DNA from: Candidatus Binatia bacterium
GTDB lineage: Bacteria; Desulfobacterota; Binatia; UBA9968; JAJDTQ01
NCBI GenBank assembly: GCA_963666515.2
Contig: OY762897.2
Coordinates: forward strand, 2,048,001-2,112,000
Length of the DNA: 64,000 nucleotides
Direction of reading: 5' to 3'
A program made the translations under genes and the position numbers. Below the pieces are notes generated by a model. It was not told the DNA's origin. It saw only the letters and a list, made by a program, of their open reading frames with translations, and ran no database searches. Below are positions 37,115-47,608 of the stretch, piece by piece (position 1 is the stretch's first letter; the number at the start of each line of letters is the position of its first letter).

Positions 37115-38329
37115 CTATGCTCCGGTCCCCGTGCCCGCCAATGTAGCGCCAGGCTCGCGCTCCAGGTCGATGGCCGCATCGAGATGGAAAAACTCAATCG
37201 CGTTGCCCGCCAGCATGGCGTAGCGCTCCTCTTCGGCCACGTCGACGAAGGTCTCGTTGATGACATCCTGGGAGTGCGGCCAGTTGCCGGTGGCGTGAGC
37301 GAAGTCGCTGCCCCACAGCAGGATGTTCACGCCGATCTCTCGGCGGCACTTGACGCCCCAGGGGTCGCGCATGAAGCCCCACAGGCAGTTGTCCCGCAGG
37401 TACTCGCTGGGGCGCCGGGCGCTGGCCTTGATGCCGTAGTCGCGCTCGCCCCAGTAGCGGTTGCGCTCGTAGTTGTCGTCGATCTGGTCATAGCTGTACG
37501 GCAGCCAGCCGCACTGGCTCTCCGCCCAGTAGACCCGCAGGTCCGGCAGGCGGTCGAAGACCCCGGCCATGGCCATCTGCAGCGGCGCGATGGGCTGCTC
37601 GCCGGCGAAGCGGAACAGCAGCGTCACCGGGTCGCGCTCGGACTTGGGGCCGCCGCCGTCGGGGTAGATGAAGACCGGCCCCTTGTTGCCCAGCCGGGTG
37701 GTGCCGCCGAAGGTGTGCGAAGCGATGGGCATCTTGAGGTCCACGGCCGCCTCCCAGAAGCGGTCGTCTTCGAGGGTGACATAGGATTGGCCGCCAGGAA
37801 AGCGGTGGAGATTGACGCCCTTGAGACCGGCCTTGGCGCAGTACTCCATCTCCGCCACGGCGTCGTCCACGCCCGTGTCGGGAAGGACGCCCATGGCGAT
37901 GAGGCGGTTGGGGCTGTAGGCGCAGTACTCCTCGGCCAGCCACTCGTTGTAGGCGCGGATTACGGCCAGGTACGCTTCGTCGTCGGAGATGCCGCGCCAG
38001 AACATGGGATAGGAGCCGTGGGTGAAGAGCACCTCTGCGTCGACCCCGTCCTGGTCCTGTTCCCACAGCCGCTGCTCCGGCGCGCCCGTGCCCGGCCCCT
38101 CGAACCAGTATTTCTGCAGGCCGTGCTGCTCGTAGGGGATGCCGGTGATGGTGGTGGCGCCCGGGCTCCGGGGCGGGCGGTTCTCGACGATGATGCCCTC
38201 GTCGCCGTTGGCCAGCGTCACCGTTCTCGGCGCGCGCTCGCGCCAGCGCTCCGGCACCCGATCGCGCCAACGTTCCGGCCGGATGTCCAGGTGGGAATCG
38301 GCCGAGATGCATCGGTAATGTCGTGCCAT
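37115..38329 (-). CDS. Amidohydrolase_2 family protein
   Basis: MARHYRCISADSH, QDQDGVDAEV, RAYNEWLAEEY, DDRFWEAA, LWGSDFAH. Confidence 0.85.
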   Translation of the reverse strand: MARHYRCISADSHLDIRPERWRDRVPERWRERAPRTVTLANGDEGIIVENRPPRSPGATTITGIPYEQHGLQKYWFEGPGTGAPEQRLWEQDQDGVDAEVLFTHGSYPMFWRGISDDEAYLAVIRAYNEWLAEEYCAYSPNRLIAMGVLPDTGVDDAVAEMEYCAKAGLKGVNLHRFPGGQSYVTLEDDRFWEAAVDLKMPIASHTFGGTTRLGNKGPVFIYPDGGGPKSERDPVTLLFRFAGEQPIAPLQMAMAGVFDRLPDLRVYWAESQCGWLPYSYDQIDDNYERNRYWGERDYGIKASARRPSEYLRDNCLWGFMRDPWGVKCRREIGVNILLWGSDFAHATGNWPHSQDVINETFVDVAEEERYAMLAGNAIEFFHLDAAIDLEREPGATLAGTGTGA

Positions 38330-38519
38330 GGTTACCGTCCTTCCTCGAAGAAACCGTTGAACGTGCCCTCAATTTTCTTCGCGGTAGAGCCCGATACTCT
38401 CAAGGAGCGAGCGGCCGTGTCAAGAACGGCCGGCATCGTGGCAGACTGCCTCGGTCCGCTCCACCTCCGGGCCGGTCAGGGCTGCGAATTCACTCTTCCC
38501 GGCAGCCGCGGATCGGCTC

Positions 38520-40340
38520 CTAGCGCTGTTCCCGTATCCGGGCTCGAAGCTCTTCGGTGGCGGCAACGTCGACCCGTGGTTCCGGTTGCTCCAGGGCGAC
38601 GCCGTAGATTTCCCGGGCGGCCTCCACCGAGACGATGCCGTTGACCACGTCCCGCAGCACCGCCTCGGGGTCACGGTCCAGGGGATCGCCGTAACCGCCG
38701 CCGCTGGCCATGCGCATGTACAGCACGTCATCGGTGCGCAGGTCGAAGTCGCAGTACGGCAGCATTTCCGAGGTGCCCCCCATGGCTTCCACGTCCACCG
38801 GTTGGCGGTTTTCTCCGACCGTATCCCAGACGTGGGTGCCCTCTTTCAGCACCAGCAGGCTGGGCGCGGCGGACAGGCCGCCGAAGACTCCCTGCCCGGA
38901 GTTCCGCAAACCCGCCACTCCCAGCGCCACGCCCTTGATGCCGCCTTCCGGCGCCTCGTGCACGGTGAGCGCGGTCTCCGCCCCCGCGCCCCCGCGATAC
39001 CGCCCGGCCCCGGCTCCGTCCGTCAGGTGGCGCCGGAACAGGTAAAGGATAGGGAAGTTCTGCTCCACCCATTCGACGTTCTGGCAGGAGTGCCAGCCAC
39101 GCCCGCCGGAGTCCACCCCGTCCTTGCCGGCGCGGGCGCCGTATCCGTCGATGGCTCCTTCGGAGAGGCTCGACACGTAGTAGCGGCCGTACTGGTTGAC
39201 GCCGGCGTGGCGCGCGAAGCGGTGGCCCGCGTTGGACGCCATCACCTCGTGCCGCCAACTCTCGCTGGTGGCGAGCATCTGCATCAGCACCGCCGGGGCC
39301 AGGTAGCGGCACGTTGCCGCCCCCGAGGTGGTGTTCAGGGACACCGGAGCCGGGTATTGGGCGTTGACCACCGTGCCCGGCGGGGCCACGATCTCGATGG
39401 GGCCGAAAGCGCCGTGGTTCCGGGGTATGTCGAATCCGAGGGTCTCCACGACCGCGGCGAAGCAGGTCCCGAAGGTGGCGTGGTACGGCATGTTGATGCC
39501 GGTCGTGGCCTGGGGATCGCTGCCGGTGAAGTCGAAGATCAGGCGGTCGTCGCGCTTGCGCAGGGTGAGGTGCATCTTCCAAGCCTCGTCGCCCTGAATG
39601 AGCGCCATGTCGCTCCAGGCGCCGTCCGCGAACTCGGCGATCCGCTGCCGCAGCACCGACTCCGTGTAGCGGATGATCTCCGCCGACACCTGCTCCAGGA
39701 GCTCCGGGCCGTACTGACGGGCGATTTCCTGTATCCTGGCCTTGGCGATGTTGTTGGCGGCGATCTCGCACTTGAGGTCGAGCCCCACCATGACGGGCTG
39801 CCGCGTCATGTTCAGGATGGTGTCGAAGACGTCCCGCCGGAGCTGGCCGCGCTCCACCAGCTTGAGACCCGGCACGCGGACGCCCTCGTGACAGATATCC
39901 GTGGCCCCGGGCGAGTTGCCTCCCGGCGACATGGCGCCGATGTCCATGACATGGACGAAGGTGGCGCTCCAGGCGATGCGGCGGCCCTCGTGGTGAATCG
40001 GAGCGATGACGTAGACGTCGGACTGGTGGATGGCCGCCACGTACGGGTCGTTCAACAGGAAGACGTCGTCGGGGTCAATGCCCTCGCCGTCCTCGAACCG
40101 CTCGATGATCTTCTTGACCGCGAAGCCGGCGCAGGCCACGTGCTGGCCCAGGGACTGGCCCGCGGACAGCACGTCTCCGTCCGCGGTGTAGAGCGACGCC
40201 ATGTAGTCGTGCTGCTGGGTGGTGTTCACCGTGCCGCCGACCCGCTCGAGGGTAATCCCCATCTCCCGGGCGATCTGGTAGAGGCGGTGCGACAGGATCT
40301 CCAGGGTGATGGGATCGACGGCGGTGCCGGACACGGTCAT
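38520..40340 (-). CDS. Hydantoinase B/oxoprolinase family subunit (copy 1)
   Basis: VDPITLEIL, DVFLLNDPY..HQSD, HVMDIG, EGVRVPG, DFTGS, DGAGAGRYRGG, GGGYGDPLDR. Confidence 0.9.
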   Translation of the reverse strand: MTVSGTAVDPITLEILSHRLYQIAREMGITLERVGGTVNTTQQHDYMASLYTADGDVLSAGQSLGQHVACAGFAVKKIIERFEDGEGIDPDDVFLLNDPYVAAIHQSDVYVIAPIHHEGRRIAWSATFVHVMDIGAMSPGGNSPGATDICHEGVRVPGLKLVERGQLRRDVFDTILNMTRQPVMVGLDLKCEIAANNIAKARIQEIARQYGPELLEQVSAEIIRYTESVLRQRIAEFADGAWSDMALIQGDEAWKMHLTLRKRDDRLIFDFTGSDPQATTGINMPYHATFGTCFAAVVETLGFDIPRNHGAFGPIEIVAPPGTVVNAQYPAPVSLNTTSGAATCRYLAPAVLMQMLATSESWRHEVMASNAGHRFARHAGVNQYGRYYVSSLSEGAIDGYGARAGKDGVDSGGRGWHSCQNVEWVEQNFPILYLFRRHLTDGAGAGRYRGGAGAETALTVHEAPEGGIKGVALGVAGLRNSGQGVFGGLSAAPSLLVLKEGTHVWDTVGENRQPVDVEAMGGTSEMLPYCDFDLRTDDVLYMRMASGGGYGDPLDRDPEAVLRDVVNGIVSVEAAREIYGVALEQPEPRVDVAATEELRARIREQR

Positions 40341-40376
40341 GGTTTCCTCCTGACCGGCGTACAGAAACCGAAACTC

Positions 40377-40410
40377 CTGGATTCCGGCTTCCGCCGGAAT
40401 GACGGATTCG
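40377..40410. repeat. Palindromic repeat CTGGATTCCGGCTTCCGCCGGAATGACGGATTCG, copy 2
   Basis: Identical to 7399-7432. Confidence 0.8.
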
Positions 40411-40442
40411 GGATATCGGTGCTCATTTACTTACCGTAGCCA

Positions 40443-42539
40443 CTAGCCGATGTGGATCACGATGTTGCGGAACTCGTCCATCTCCGCGCGGTCGTTGGGG
40501 TTCACGACGATGGTGGTGACCGGAGTCTCGATGATGGCCGGGCCGGCGAGACTCGCGCCGGGAGACAGGCGGTCGAAGTCGTAGACGTCGGTGGCCACGA
40601 AGTCTCCGTGCTCCTCGAAGTGCGCCGCCCGTGTCCCCTTCCGGGCCTCCCGGGCATCGCCGGGCGCGGCCTCGCTCCTGTGGACCGCCGGCCGGGCCAG
40701 CTTGCCGATGGCCGTGACCCGCAGCGACAGCATCTCCCTGCCCGCCTCCGGATAGCCGGCCCCCTGCCCGAAGGACTGCTCGTAGAGGTCGTCGAAGCGG
40801 GCGTAGAGCCGCTCCAGATCGGCGTCCCCCAGCGGTCCCCGCCCCGGGATCGGGACGTTGATCTCGTTGACCTGGTAGCGGTAGCGCATGTCCACGCTCC
40901 GCAGCATCTCGGTATCGCGGTCCTGGAACCCGGCCCCGGCCAGATCCGCGGCGGCGCGGGTGCACAACGTCTCGAAGCCGGCGTTCAGGCGGACCGGGTC
41001 CAGCGGCGCCACCACGTGGTCGGACATGCCGTACTCGTAGGTCACGTCCGCGGAGATCAGCCCGGTGGCCGCGTGCACCGAGGCCGTCAGCGGAATGACC
41101 ACCTTGCGCATGCCGAGTTGAAGCGCGCAGCGCGAGGCGTGGGCGGGCGCGGAGCCGCCGATGGCCACCATGGTGAACTCCCGCGGGTCCTGCCCCCGCT
41201 CCACCGTGCAGCGGCGGATGAGATCGCTCATGTGTGCGTTGATGATCCGGAAGATCCCGCTGGCGGCCTCCGTCACGGTCATCCCCAGCGGCCCGGCGAT
41301 CCGCTCCTCGATGGCGGCCACGGCCGCGTCCTTCCTGAGCGCCAGGCGGCCGCCCAGGAAGTAGTCCGGGTTCAGATACCCCAGAGCCACGTCGGCGTCG
41401 CATACCGTCGGCTCGGTCCCGCCGACGCCGTAGGCCACCGGACCCGGAGCGGCGCCCGCGCCCTGCGGGCCGACCTTGAGCAGTCCCGACGCACGGTCGA
41501 TCCAGGCGATGCTGCCGCCGCCCGCGCCGATGGACGCCACCCAGATCTTGGGCGCCAGGATGCGGTAGCGCTCGAACACCGGCTGGTAGTCGCGCTCGAT
41601 GACTCCCTGCCGGACCAGGCTGACCTTGAAGGTGGTGCCGCCCATGTCCGCTGCCAGGACATTGGGCTCGCCGATCAGGTCGCCCACGAACTTGCTGCCA
41701 ACCACCCCGGCCGCGGGTCCGGATTCCAGGGCGCCGATGGCCCGTTGAGAGGCGGCTTCGATGCCGAGCATGCCGCCGTAGGCCTGCATGACCAGGGGGT
41801 CGCTCCCGAGCCCCCTGTCCACGAGGCCTTGCTGAAGGTTGCGAAGGTACGAAGCGATGCGCGGACCGATGTAGGCATTGAAGATGGTCGTGGCGGTGCG
41901 CTCGTACTCACCCAGGAACGGGGCGACGTCGCTGGAGCAGCTTACGTGGATGCCGGGATGCCTGCGGTGGATCACGTCGGCGACGGCCTTCTCGTGAACA
42001 TTGTTGGCGATGGACCACAGCAGGCACACGGCCACCGACTCGACGCCCTTGGCCGCAAGGCGCGCCGCCACCTCCTCGATCTGCCCGACATCGACGTCGA
42101 TCAACACCGATCCTCTGTAGTCGATGCGGCCCTGCACCTCCTCGGTCAGGCTTCGCGGCGCCAGCGGCTCGGGCTTCTCCAGGGCCGCCACGTGCGAGGC
42201 CTCGGCCTCCGTCAGGCCATGGGTGACATCGCCTCGCATCATCAGGAACGTGTCGGGAAAACCCCCGGTGACCACCAGCGCGGTCCGTGCCCCGGTGCGG
42301 GTGATGAGGGTGTTGTCGGCCACCGTGCACGCATGGAAGAAGAGGCGCGTCGAGCGCAGCAACTCTTCCACGCCCGCCAGCCCAAGATTGGCGGCGCCGT
42401 TCTCAAGGGAATCGACCACGCCCACGGCAAAGTCGTGGGGAGTCGACAGCGCCTTCCCGATGCTGAGCTTCCCGTTGCCGTCGAGAATGACGCAATCCGT
42501 GAAGGTGCCGCCGATATCGACGCCGATGACGTATTCCAT
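40443..42539 (-). CDS. Hydantoinase A/oxoprolinase family ATP-binding subunit (copy 1)
   Basis: MEYVIGVDIGGTFTD, GEYER, ESGPAAG, DMGGTTF, SIGAGGGS, PTVCDAD, GPAIIE. Confidence 0.9.
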   Translation of the reverse strand: MEYVIGVDIGGTFTDCVILDGNGKLSIGKALSTPHDFAVGVVDSLENGAANLGLAGVEELLRSTRLFFHACTVADNTLITRTGARTALVVTGGFPDTFLMMRGDVTHGLTEAEASHVAALEKPEPLAPRSLTEEVQGRIDYRGSVLIDVDVGQIEEVAARLAAKGVESVAVCLLWSIANNVHEKAVADVIHRRHPGIHVSCSSDVAPFLGEYERTATTIFNAYIGPRIASYLRNLQQGLVDRGLGSDPLVMQAYGGMLGIEAASQRAIGALESGPAAGVVGSKFVGDLIGEPNVLAADMGGTTFKVSLVRQGVIERDYQPVFERYRILAPKIWVASIGAGGGSIAWIDRASGLLKVGPQGAGAAPGPVAYGVGGTEPTVCDADVALGYLNPDYFLGGRLALRKDAAVAAIEERIAGPLGMTVTEAASGIFRIINAHMSDLIRRCTVERGQDPREFTMVAIGGSAPAHASRCALQLGMRKVVIPLTASVHAATGLISADVTYEYGMSDHVVAPLDPVRLNAGFETLCTRAAADLAGAGFQDRDTEMLRSVDMRYRYQVNEINVPIPGRGPLGDADLERLYARFDDLYEQSFGQGAGYPEAGREMLSLRVTAIGKLARPAVHRSEAAPGDAREARKGTRAAHFEEHGDFVATDVYDFDRLSPGASLAGPAIIETPVTTIVVNPNDRAEMDEFRNIVIHIG

Positions 42540-42553
42540 GTTCGCTCGCCCCG

Positions 42554-43672
42554 TCACGAACCGCCGACGGGCGGGAGTTCGTCCCTGGAGTGCGCCCGGA
42601 AGACGCACGCCTTGTCCCGCGGGATGCGCACGCCGACGGTGCCGCCCACGAGCACGGAAGCCAGAGTCCGCACAAGCAGCACGTGCTCTCCGACCTCGAC
42701 AGTGTAGACCCGGTGGTCCCCCAGGAACACGTTGGAAACCACGCGGCCGCGAAAGCTGTTCTCTTGCGCCGCTTTCCCCTGCCCGTCGGGGGTCAACTCC
42801 ACATCTTCCGGCCGCACGCCGACGACCACCGACTCGCCCGCGGCCCAGTTGTCCGAGGCGGGCACCGCAAGGGGACCCACGATGGTGTCCACCGCGTCGC
42901 TGCCGCGCATGCGGCCGTCGATCCAGTTGGTGGACCCGAAGAACTGCGCCACCCGCGGGTCCGCCGGGCGGCAGTAGAGGTCCTCGGGCGATCCCTGCTG
43001 CAGGATGTCGCCCTCGTGCATGACCGCAATGCGGTCGGCAAGCTCCATGGCCTCCATCTGGTCGTGGGTCACGTAGAGGATGGTGATGTCGAGCCGGGCG
43101 GCGAGGCTGCGTATCTCCTTCCGCACCTCCTCCCGCAGCCGCGCGTCGAGGTTGCTCAGGGGCTCGTCCATCAGCAGCACCACCGGCTCGGTGGCGAGGG
43201 AGCGCGCCAGCGCTACCCGCTGCTGTTGCCCCCCGCTCAGTAGCGGCGTCGGACGGCGCTCCATTCCCTCCAGTCCCACCAGGGCAAGCGCCCTGCTCAC
43301 ACGATCAGCGATCTCGGCCTTGGCGAGCCTGGGCCGTTTCTGAGCCAAGGGGAGCGCGACGTTCTCGAAGATGGTCATGTGCGGCCAGATGGCATAGGAC
43401 TGGAACACCATGCCCAGTCCGCGCCGCTCCGGCGGCACCAGCACGCGGTTCTCCCGTGAGTAGACGGTCACGCCGTCGAGCACGATTTCGCCCCGATCCG
43501 GCACCGCCAGACCCGCCACGCAACGCAGCAGCGTGGTCTTGCCCGAGCCGCTGGGTCCGAGCAGCACGAAGAACTCGCCCCGCTCCACCGTCACGTCCAC
43601 GGTGCGGAGCGCATGGACGACGGACTCGCCGGCGCGCTGAAAGTCCTTTCCCAGGCCGCGGATCTCGATCAT
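42554..43672 (-). CDS. ABC transporter ATP-binding protein
   Basis: Walker A GPSGSGKTT, LSGGQQQR signature, LLMDEPLSNLD, YVTHDQ, TOBE-like C-terminus. Confidence 0.95.
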   Translation of the reverse strand: MIEIRGLGKDFQRAGESVVHALRTVDVTVERGEFFVLLGPSGSGKTTLLRCVAGLAVPDRGEIVLDGVTVYSRENRVLVPPERRGLGMVFQSYAIWPHMTIFENVALPLAQKRPRLAKAEIADRVSRALALVGLEGMERRPTPLLSGGQQQRVALARSLATEPVVLLMDEPLSNLDARLREEVRKEIRSLAARLDITILYVTHDQMEAMELADRIAVMHEGDILQQGSPEDLYCRPADPRVAQFFGSTNWIDGRMRGSDAVDTIVGPLAVPASDNWAAGESVVVGVRPEDVELTPDGQGKAAQENSFRGRVVSNVFLGDHRVYTVEVGEHVLLVRTLASVLVGGTVGVRIPRDKACVFRAHSRDELPPVGGS

Positions 43673-43696
43673 CGGTTGCCCGTCTCCGCGCGACGC

Positions 43697-45475
43697 CTAC
43701 TGCGCCACGCCGATGTGCCTCCTGCCGAACACGTAGTACAGCACGATCAACGGCGTCATCAAGGCGACGAACACGAGAGCCGTGGCTGCCGCCTGGTTGA
43801 GCCGCCCCGCGGTCCACATGGACCAGATGATCACCGGAAGCGTGAGATTGTCCCGGCTGGCGAGAAAGGCCGCCATGGTCAATTCCCGGAACGCCAGCAG
43901 CGCCATCCACAGCCACGAATAGAGCAAGGTGGGAGACAGCAAGGGAATGAGGATCTTGCGGATGACGCCCAGGGGTCCCAACCCGGCCACGTAGCCCGCT
44001 TCGTCCAGCTCCTCGTGGATCTGCACCAGACCGCTGTTGAGCATGCGGGTGGCAAAGCTGATGCGCGTCACCACGTATACGAGGATGATGATCCCGATGC
44101 CGCGCTCGAACAGCCCCCACTGGGCCGGGAACCAGACGATCGCCAGCAGGAACGCCCCCACGGCGAAGATCAGGTTGGGAATCACGTGGGGCAGGAAGGC
44201 GAGCACGTCCAGGGTGCGGGCCACACGCCAGTTGGAGCGAATGACCAACCAGGAAATGGCCATGCCCGCCACCAGGCTCAGGGTCGGCACCGCGAGCAGC
44301 AGGATGACGCTGTTGCGCAGGCCAACGGTGAGGTTGGCCCACGGTACCGCGCGGAAGTTGTCCAGCGACACGGTCTGAAACGCCGCCGCGGAGGGGACCT
44401 GCAGGAACGGGATGAGGGACACCCAGGTGAGCGCCAGGAGCGGCAGCACCACGTTGAACACGATCACCGCGCCGACAATGAGCCATCCCAGAACGGCCCA
44501 ACCGCCCAGGTCCACGAGATTCGCGCGGTAGTCCTTGCCCCGCACCACGGCGTAGCGGTGCGATTCGCCGATGACGATCATGTAGCGCCAAGTGAGCAGC
44601 AGGCCGATGAGCAGCATCACGGCGCTGGAGGCGCCGATGAGGCCGTAGTTGGGGACTTCCTCCAGGGGTAGCGCCGTGGTGTAGACGAAGGTGCTGAAGG
44701 TGTGTATGCGGTTGGACAATCCGATGACCGCGGGAATGTCGAAGGCGGCAATGGTGATGGCCGCCACGTAGAGCACCGCCCCCAGGATTCCGGGCGTCAA
44801 GAGTGGCAGGGTGATGCGCCGCAGGCGCGTGAAAAAGGAAATGCCGTGGACCCGTGCGCTCTCTTCCAACGCCGGATCCATGGCCCGGAACGATGCGGCG
44901 ATCATGATGAAGGCCAGCGGCACCAGCGCGATTCCCTCCACCCAGCCCATGCCCACGAGGCTTATGACGTTGAAGGGCGACTGTTCGATGGGCAGGAGTT
45001 GAACCAGCGCCTTGTTGGCGATGCCGATGCGCGGATGGAACAGGATCACCCAGCCCATGGCCGTGAAGAAGCTGGGCACCAGCAGGGTCACGGTCAGGAG
45101 CGGAAAGACCAGCCCCCTGCCCGGCAGCGTGGTCCGTTCCGCCAACCAGGCGATAGGGATCGCGAACGCGAATGCCACCAGCAACGCCACTCCCGCGAAC
45201 ACGGCGGTGTTGAGGAACGCCTTGGCGGTGAAGGGGTCGGTGTAGAGCTGCCGGAAGTTCTCGACGCCGTAGACCGTGCCGGCGTCTTCCTCGACCTGGA
45301 ACGACACCTGCACGATGACCACCAGGAAGACGACCACCAGCCCCAGCGTGACGAACGCGATCAACGGGAGCGGCACGCGTTCCGCCGCCTGCACGAGCCG
45401 TGAGCGCAACGCGGCGAAGGCCTCGCCGACGTTGCCGCCCAGGCCCTCTCCGCCCCGTTCCTCCGCGTGATACAC
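43697..45475 (-). CDS. ABC transporter permease (Fe3+/thiamine-type)
   Basis: ERTTLP, MDPALEESARVHG, VRGKDYR, ELDEAGYVAG; start uncertain (GTG 45475 preferred because 45538 lies in a hairpin). Confidence 0.85.
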   Translation of the reverse strand: MYHAEERGGEGLGGNVGEAFAALRSRLVQAAERVPLPLIAFVTLGLVVVFLVVIVQVSFQVEEDAGTVYGVENFRQLYTDPFTAKAFLNTAVFAGVALLVAFAFAIPIAWLAERTTLPGRGLVFPLLTVTLLVPSFFTAMGWVILFHPRIGIANKALVQLLPIEQSPFNVISLVGMGWVEGIALVPLAFIMIAASFRAMDPALEESARVHGISFFTRLRRITLPLLTPGILGAVLYVAAITIAAFDIPAVIGLSNRIHTFSTFVYTTALPLEEVPNYGLIGASSAVMLLIGLLLTWRYMIVIGESHRYAVVRGKDYRANLVDLGGWAVLGWLIVGAVIVFNVVLPLLALTWVSLIPFLQVPSAAAFQTVSLDNFRAVPWANLTVGLRNSVILLLAVPTLSLVAGMAISWLVIRSNWRVARTLDVLAFLPHVIPNLIFAVGAFLLAIVWFPAQWGLFERGIGIIILVYVVTRISFATRMLNSGLVQIHEELDEAGYVAGLGPLGVIRKILIPLLSPTLLYSWLWMALLAFRELTMAAFLASRDNLTLPVIIWSMWTAGRLNQAAATALVFVALMTPLIVLYYVFGRRHIGVAQ

Positions 45476-45521
45476 CAGCAGACCTCGCCTGTGCTGCGCC
45501 CGGGAACCTGCGCCGCGGGAA

Positions 45522-45551
45522 GACCGGGCGGGGTTCACGACCCGCCCGGTC
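45522..45551 (-). terminator. Stem-loop downstream of the SBP gene (differential mRNA stability or terminator)
   Basis: GACCGGGCGGG-8 nt-CCCGCCCGGTC perfect 11-bp stem. Confidence 0.5.
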
Positions 45552-45557
45552 CCGCCC

Positions 45558-46718
45558 CTACCGGTTCAACAGCTTCCGGTACTTGGCGTTCTGGGTGCGG
45601 TATATCTGAGGGTTGCCCCCGATGATGTCCGCGGTCTCCAACATCAGCGGCTTGCCGGTGGCCTTGCGCTTGGCGAGGTACTCCTTCATCCCGGTGCCCC
45701 GGTAGTGCGAGTCGCGCTCGGTGTGCTTGAAGAAGATCCTCTGGCCCTCGGATGTCATCATGAACACGCTCGCCAGCAGCGCCAGGTTCGGACTCCGGCT
45801 GGCCTTGGGCACGCTCACGTAGGCCAGGAAGGCGGCATTAATCTCGCCTCCCAGGTCGGTCCACTCGATGGGCGCCCCCTTTGCCTTGAGTATCTCAACC
45901 TCCACCAAGTTCCCCTGAAACAGGTACAGGCCGAACTCCCCGGAGATGATGCGCTGCAGGTCGCCGTTGATGTTTCCGGCGAGGTTGCCGTTGGCGGCGA
46001 TGGTGGACAGCACCTTCTCCACCTTCTCCGCCCCCAGGTTCAGGGTGATCTGGGGCCAGCCGGAACCGTAGGTGGTCGCCGCGATGAGCCCCTTGAACTT
46101 CGGGTCGGTAACGTCCTCCAGCGACTTGGGCACGTCTTGCGGCTTGATGACGTTGGGGTTGTAGGCCGCCACGATCACGCCGATGCCCACCAACGCGCCG
46201 GTGCCGTCGGTGGCAATCTCGTCATCCCTGATGTCGGGAACGTACTTGCGCCAGTCCAACTCCATGAGAGCGCCCGCGGAGGCCAGCTTCAACTGGTTCC
46301 GGCCCGACGCGATCATGATGTCGGTGGAGGCGGGGGACCGGCCCTGCTTGTGCTCCTGCAGGAGCCTGGACGTCACCTGGGACATGTTGGGGCCTCCCGC
46401 CGTGCCCTGGAGATCCACCTTGATCCCGTACTTGGCGTTCATGGCCGCTTCCAGCTCGTCCCAGAACTCGGTGTCGCCGTACCTGCCGCCCTGGAGCATG
46501 GTAAGTTGCTTCTCCGCTTGGGCCGCCTTGATGAGCTTGGCCATCGCCTCCTTGGACGCTTGGGCCGCGGCCGGGGAGGCCACGAACACGACGAGTGCCA
46601 GCGCCGCCAGGAGGGCGCCGGCAGCAAGAAGTCCGCGACGATGCCCGCTCCTTTCAACGCCGGCGGCTCGGGTGCCCGCAACGCGTCCGTTACACAGTCG
46701 ATCGGTATGCTGTTCCAT
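45558..46718 (-). CDS. ABC transporter substrate-binding protein
   Basis: RRGLLA signal peptide, LIKAAQAEKQL, AYNPNVI..PKSLED..DPKFKG, SPNLALL..FMM.SEGQ. Confidence 0.8.
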   Translation of the reverse strand: MEQHTDRLCNGRVAGTRAAGVERSGHRRGLLAAGALLAALALVVFVASPAAAQASKEAMAKLIKAAQAEKQLTMLQGGRYGDTEFWDELEAAMNAKYGIKVDLQGTAGGPNMSQVTSRLLQEHKQGRSPASTDIMIASGRNQLKLASAGALMELDWRKYVPDIRDDEIATDGTGALVGIGVIVAAYNPNVIKPQDVPKSLEDVTDPKFKGLIAATTYGSGWPQITLNLGAEKVEKVLSTIAANGNLAGNINGDLQRIISGEFGLYLFQGNLVEVEILKAKGAPIEWTDLGGEINAAFLAYVSVPKASRSPNLALLASVFMMTSEGQRIFFKHTERDSHYRGTGMKEYLAKRKATGKPLMLETADIIGGNPQIYRTQNAKYRKLLNR

Positions 46719-46770
46719 GACTCGCTCCTTTCCTGTGTCCTGCGCGACACAGCGCGTCCGTAAGCATGCC

Positions 46771-47343
46771 TTACTCGAACCTGATCCGAGACAGTTCCGT
46801 GAAGTGGATGTGGCCCGCCGCCCCGGCGGGCAGGATGGTCATCTGGTGAAAGCTGTACTCCTGTTCGTAACGGGTGCGCGCCAGCACGCCGTCCATGGGC
46901 ACCACCACCTCGTAGCGGTGCACCCGGGCCGCGCTGGTGACGGTGTAGAGGACGGCGAAGGTGGTTGCCGCCCCTACCACGATGAGGTGCTCGACGCCGT
47001 GGGACCGCAGGTAGCCGTCAAGCTCGCCGCCGATGAACTTGTCGAAGCTGTCCGGGTAGATGACCGGCTCCGCCTGCGCGCGCTTCAGCGGTGCGGCGAC
47101 GCGGTCATGGGGTCCGCCCTTGGCTACCAGGGAAATCGTGTAGATGATGGGGACGCCGTTCCGGCGCGCGCGCTCCAGGAACGGCGCGACCCCCGGCAAG
47201 AGCTTGTTGGCGATGGCGCCGGGCTCTTCGGCGCGGGCGTTCATGTCGAGCACCGCGATGCCGGTGGCCGCCGGATCAAGAGCCATGTCCCGGGGGGCGG
47301 GACGGTTGGGCGCGCCCGCCTCCAGGGTGTCCACAAGGCTCAC
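46771..47343 (-). CDS. Isochorismatase-family hydrolase
   Basis: TGIAVLDM, ARRNGVPIIY, FDKFIGGELD..LR, LIVVGAATTFAVLYT. Confidence 0.75.
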   Translation of the reverse strand: MSLVDTLEAGAPNRPAPRDMALDPAATGIAVLDMNARAEEPGAIANKLLPGVAPFLERARRNGVPIIYTISLVAKGGPHDRVAAPLKRAQAEPVIYPDSFDKFIGGELDGYLRSHGVEHLIVVGAATTFAVLYTVTSAARVHRYEVVVPMDGVLARTRYEQEYSFHQMTILPAGAAGHIHFTELSRIRFE

Positions 47344-47591
47344 GATTCAACCTCCACGATCTGCGAGTCGAGCAGGGTCTTGCACTGCGGGCAGAAGAGC
47401 TGCTCCAGCAGGAACTGGCCCTCGAGGTCCTTCATCAACGGGCCGCCGGCCGTAGGAGACTGCCGCTTCACGTAGCTCCGTTCCCGCCATTCGTCTTCGC
47501 CGCCGAAGTCGAAGCCGCAACGGGTGCACAGCACGCGCGGGCTGCCGGAATCGTCGTCGAGCTCCAGGTTCTCTCTCAACGGTCGTTTCAT
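47340..47591 (-). CDS. Acetone/acetophenone carboxylase gamma-subunit-like zinc protein
   Basis: CTRC...LFCPQCKTLL; directly downstream of hydantoinase B. Confidence 0.65.
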   Translation of the reverse strand: MKRPLRENLELDDDSGSPRVLCTRCGFDFGGEDEWRERSYVKRQSPTAGGPLMKDLEGQFLLEQLFCPQCKTLLDSQIVEVES

Positions 47592-47608
47592 CCTCCGCGC
47601 CTCCTCGG

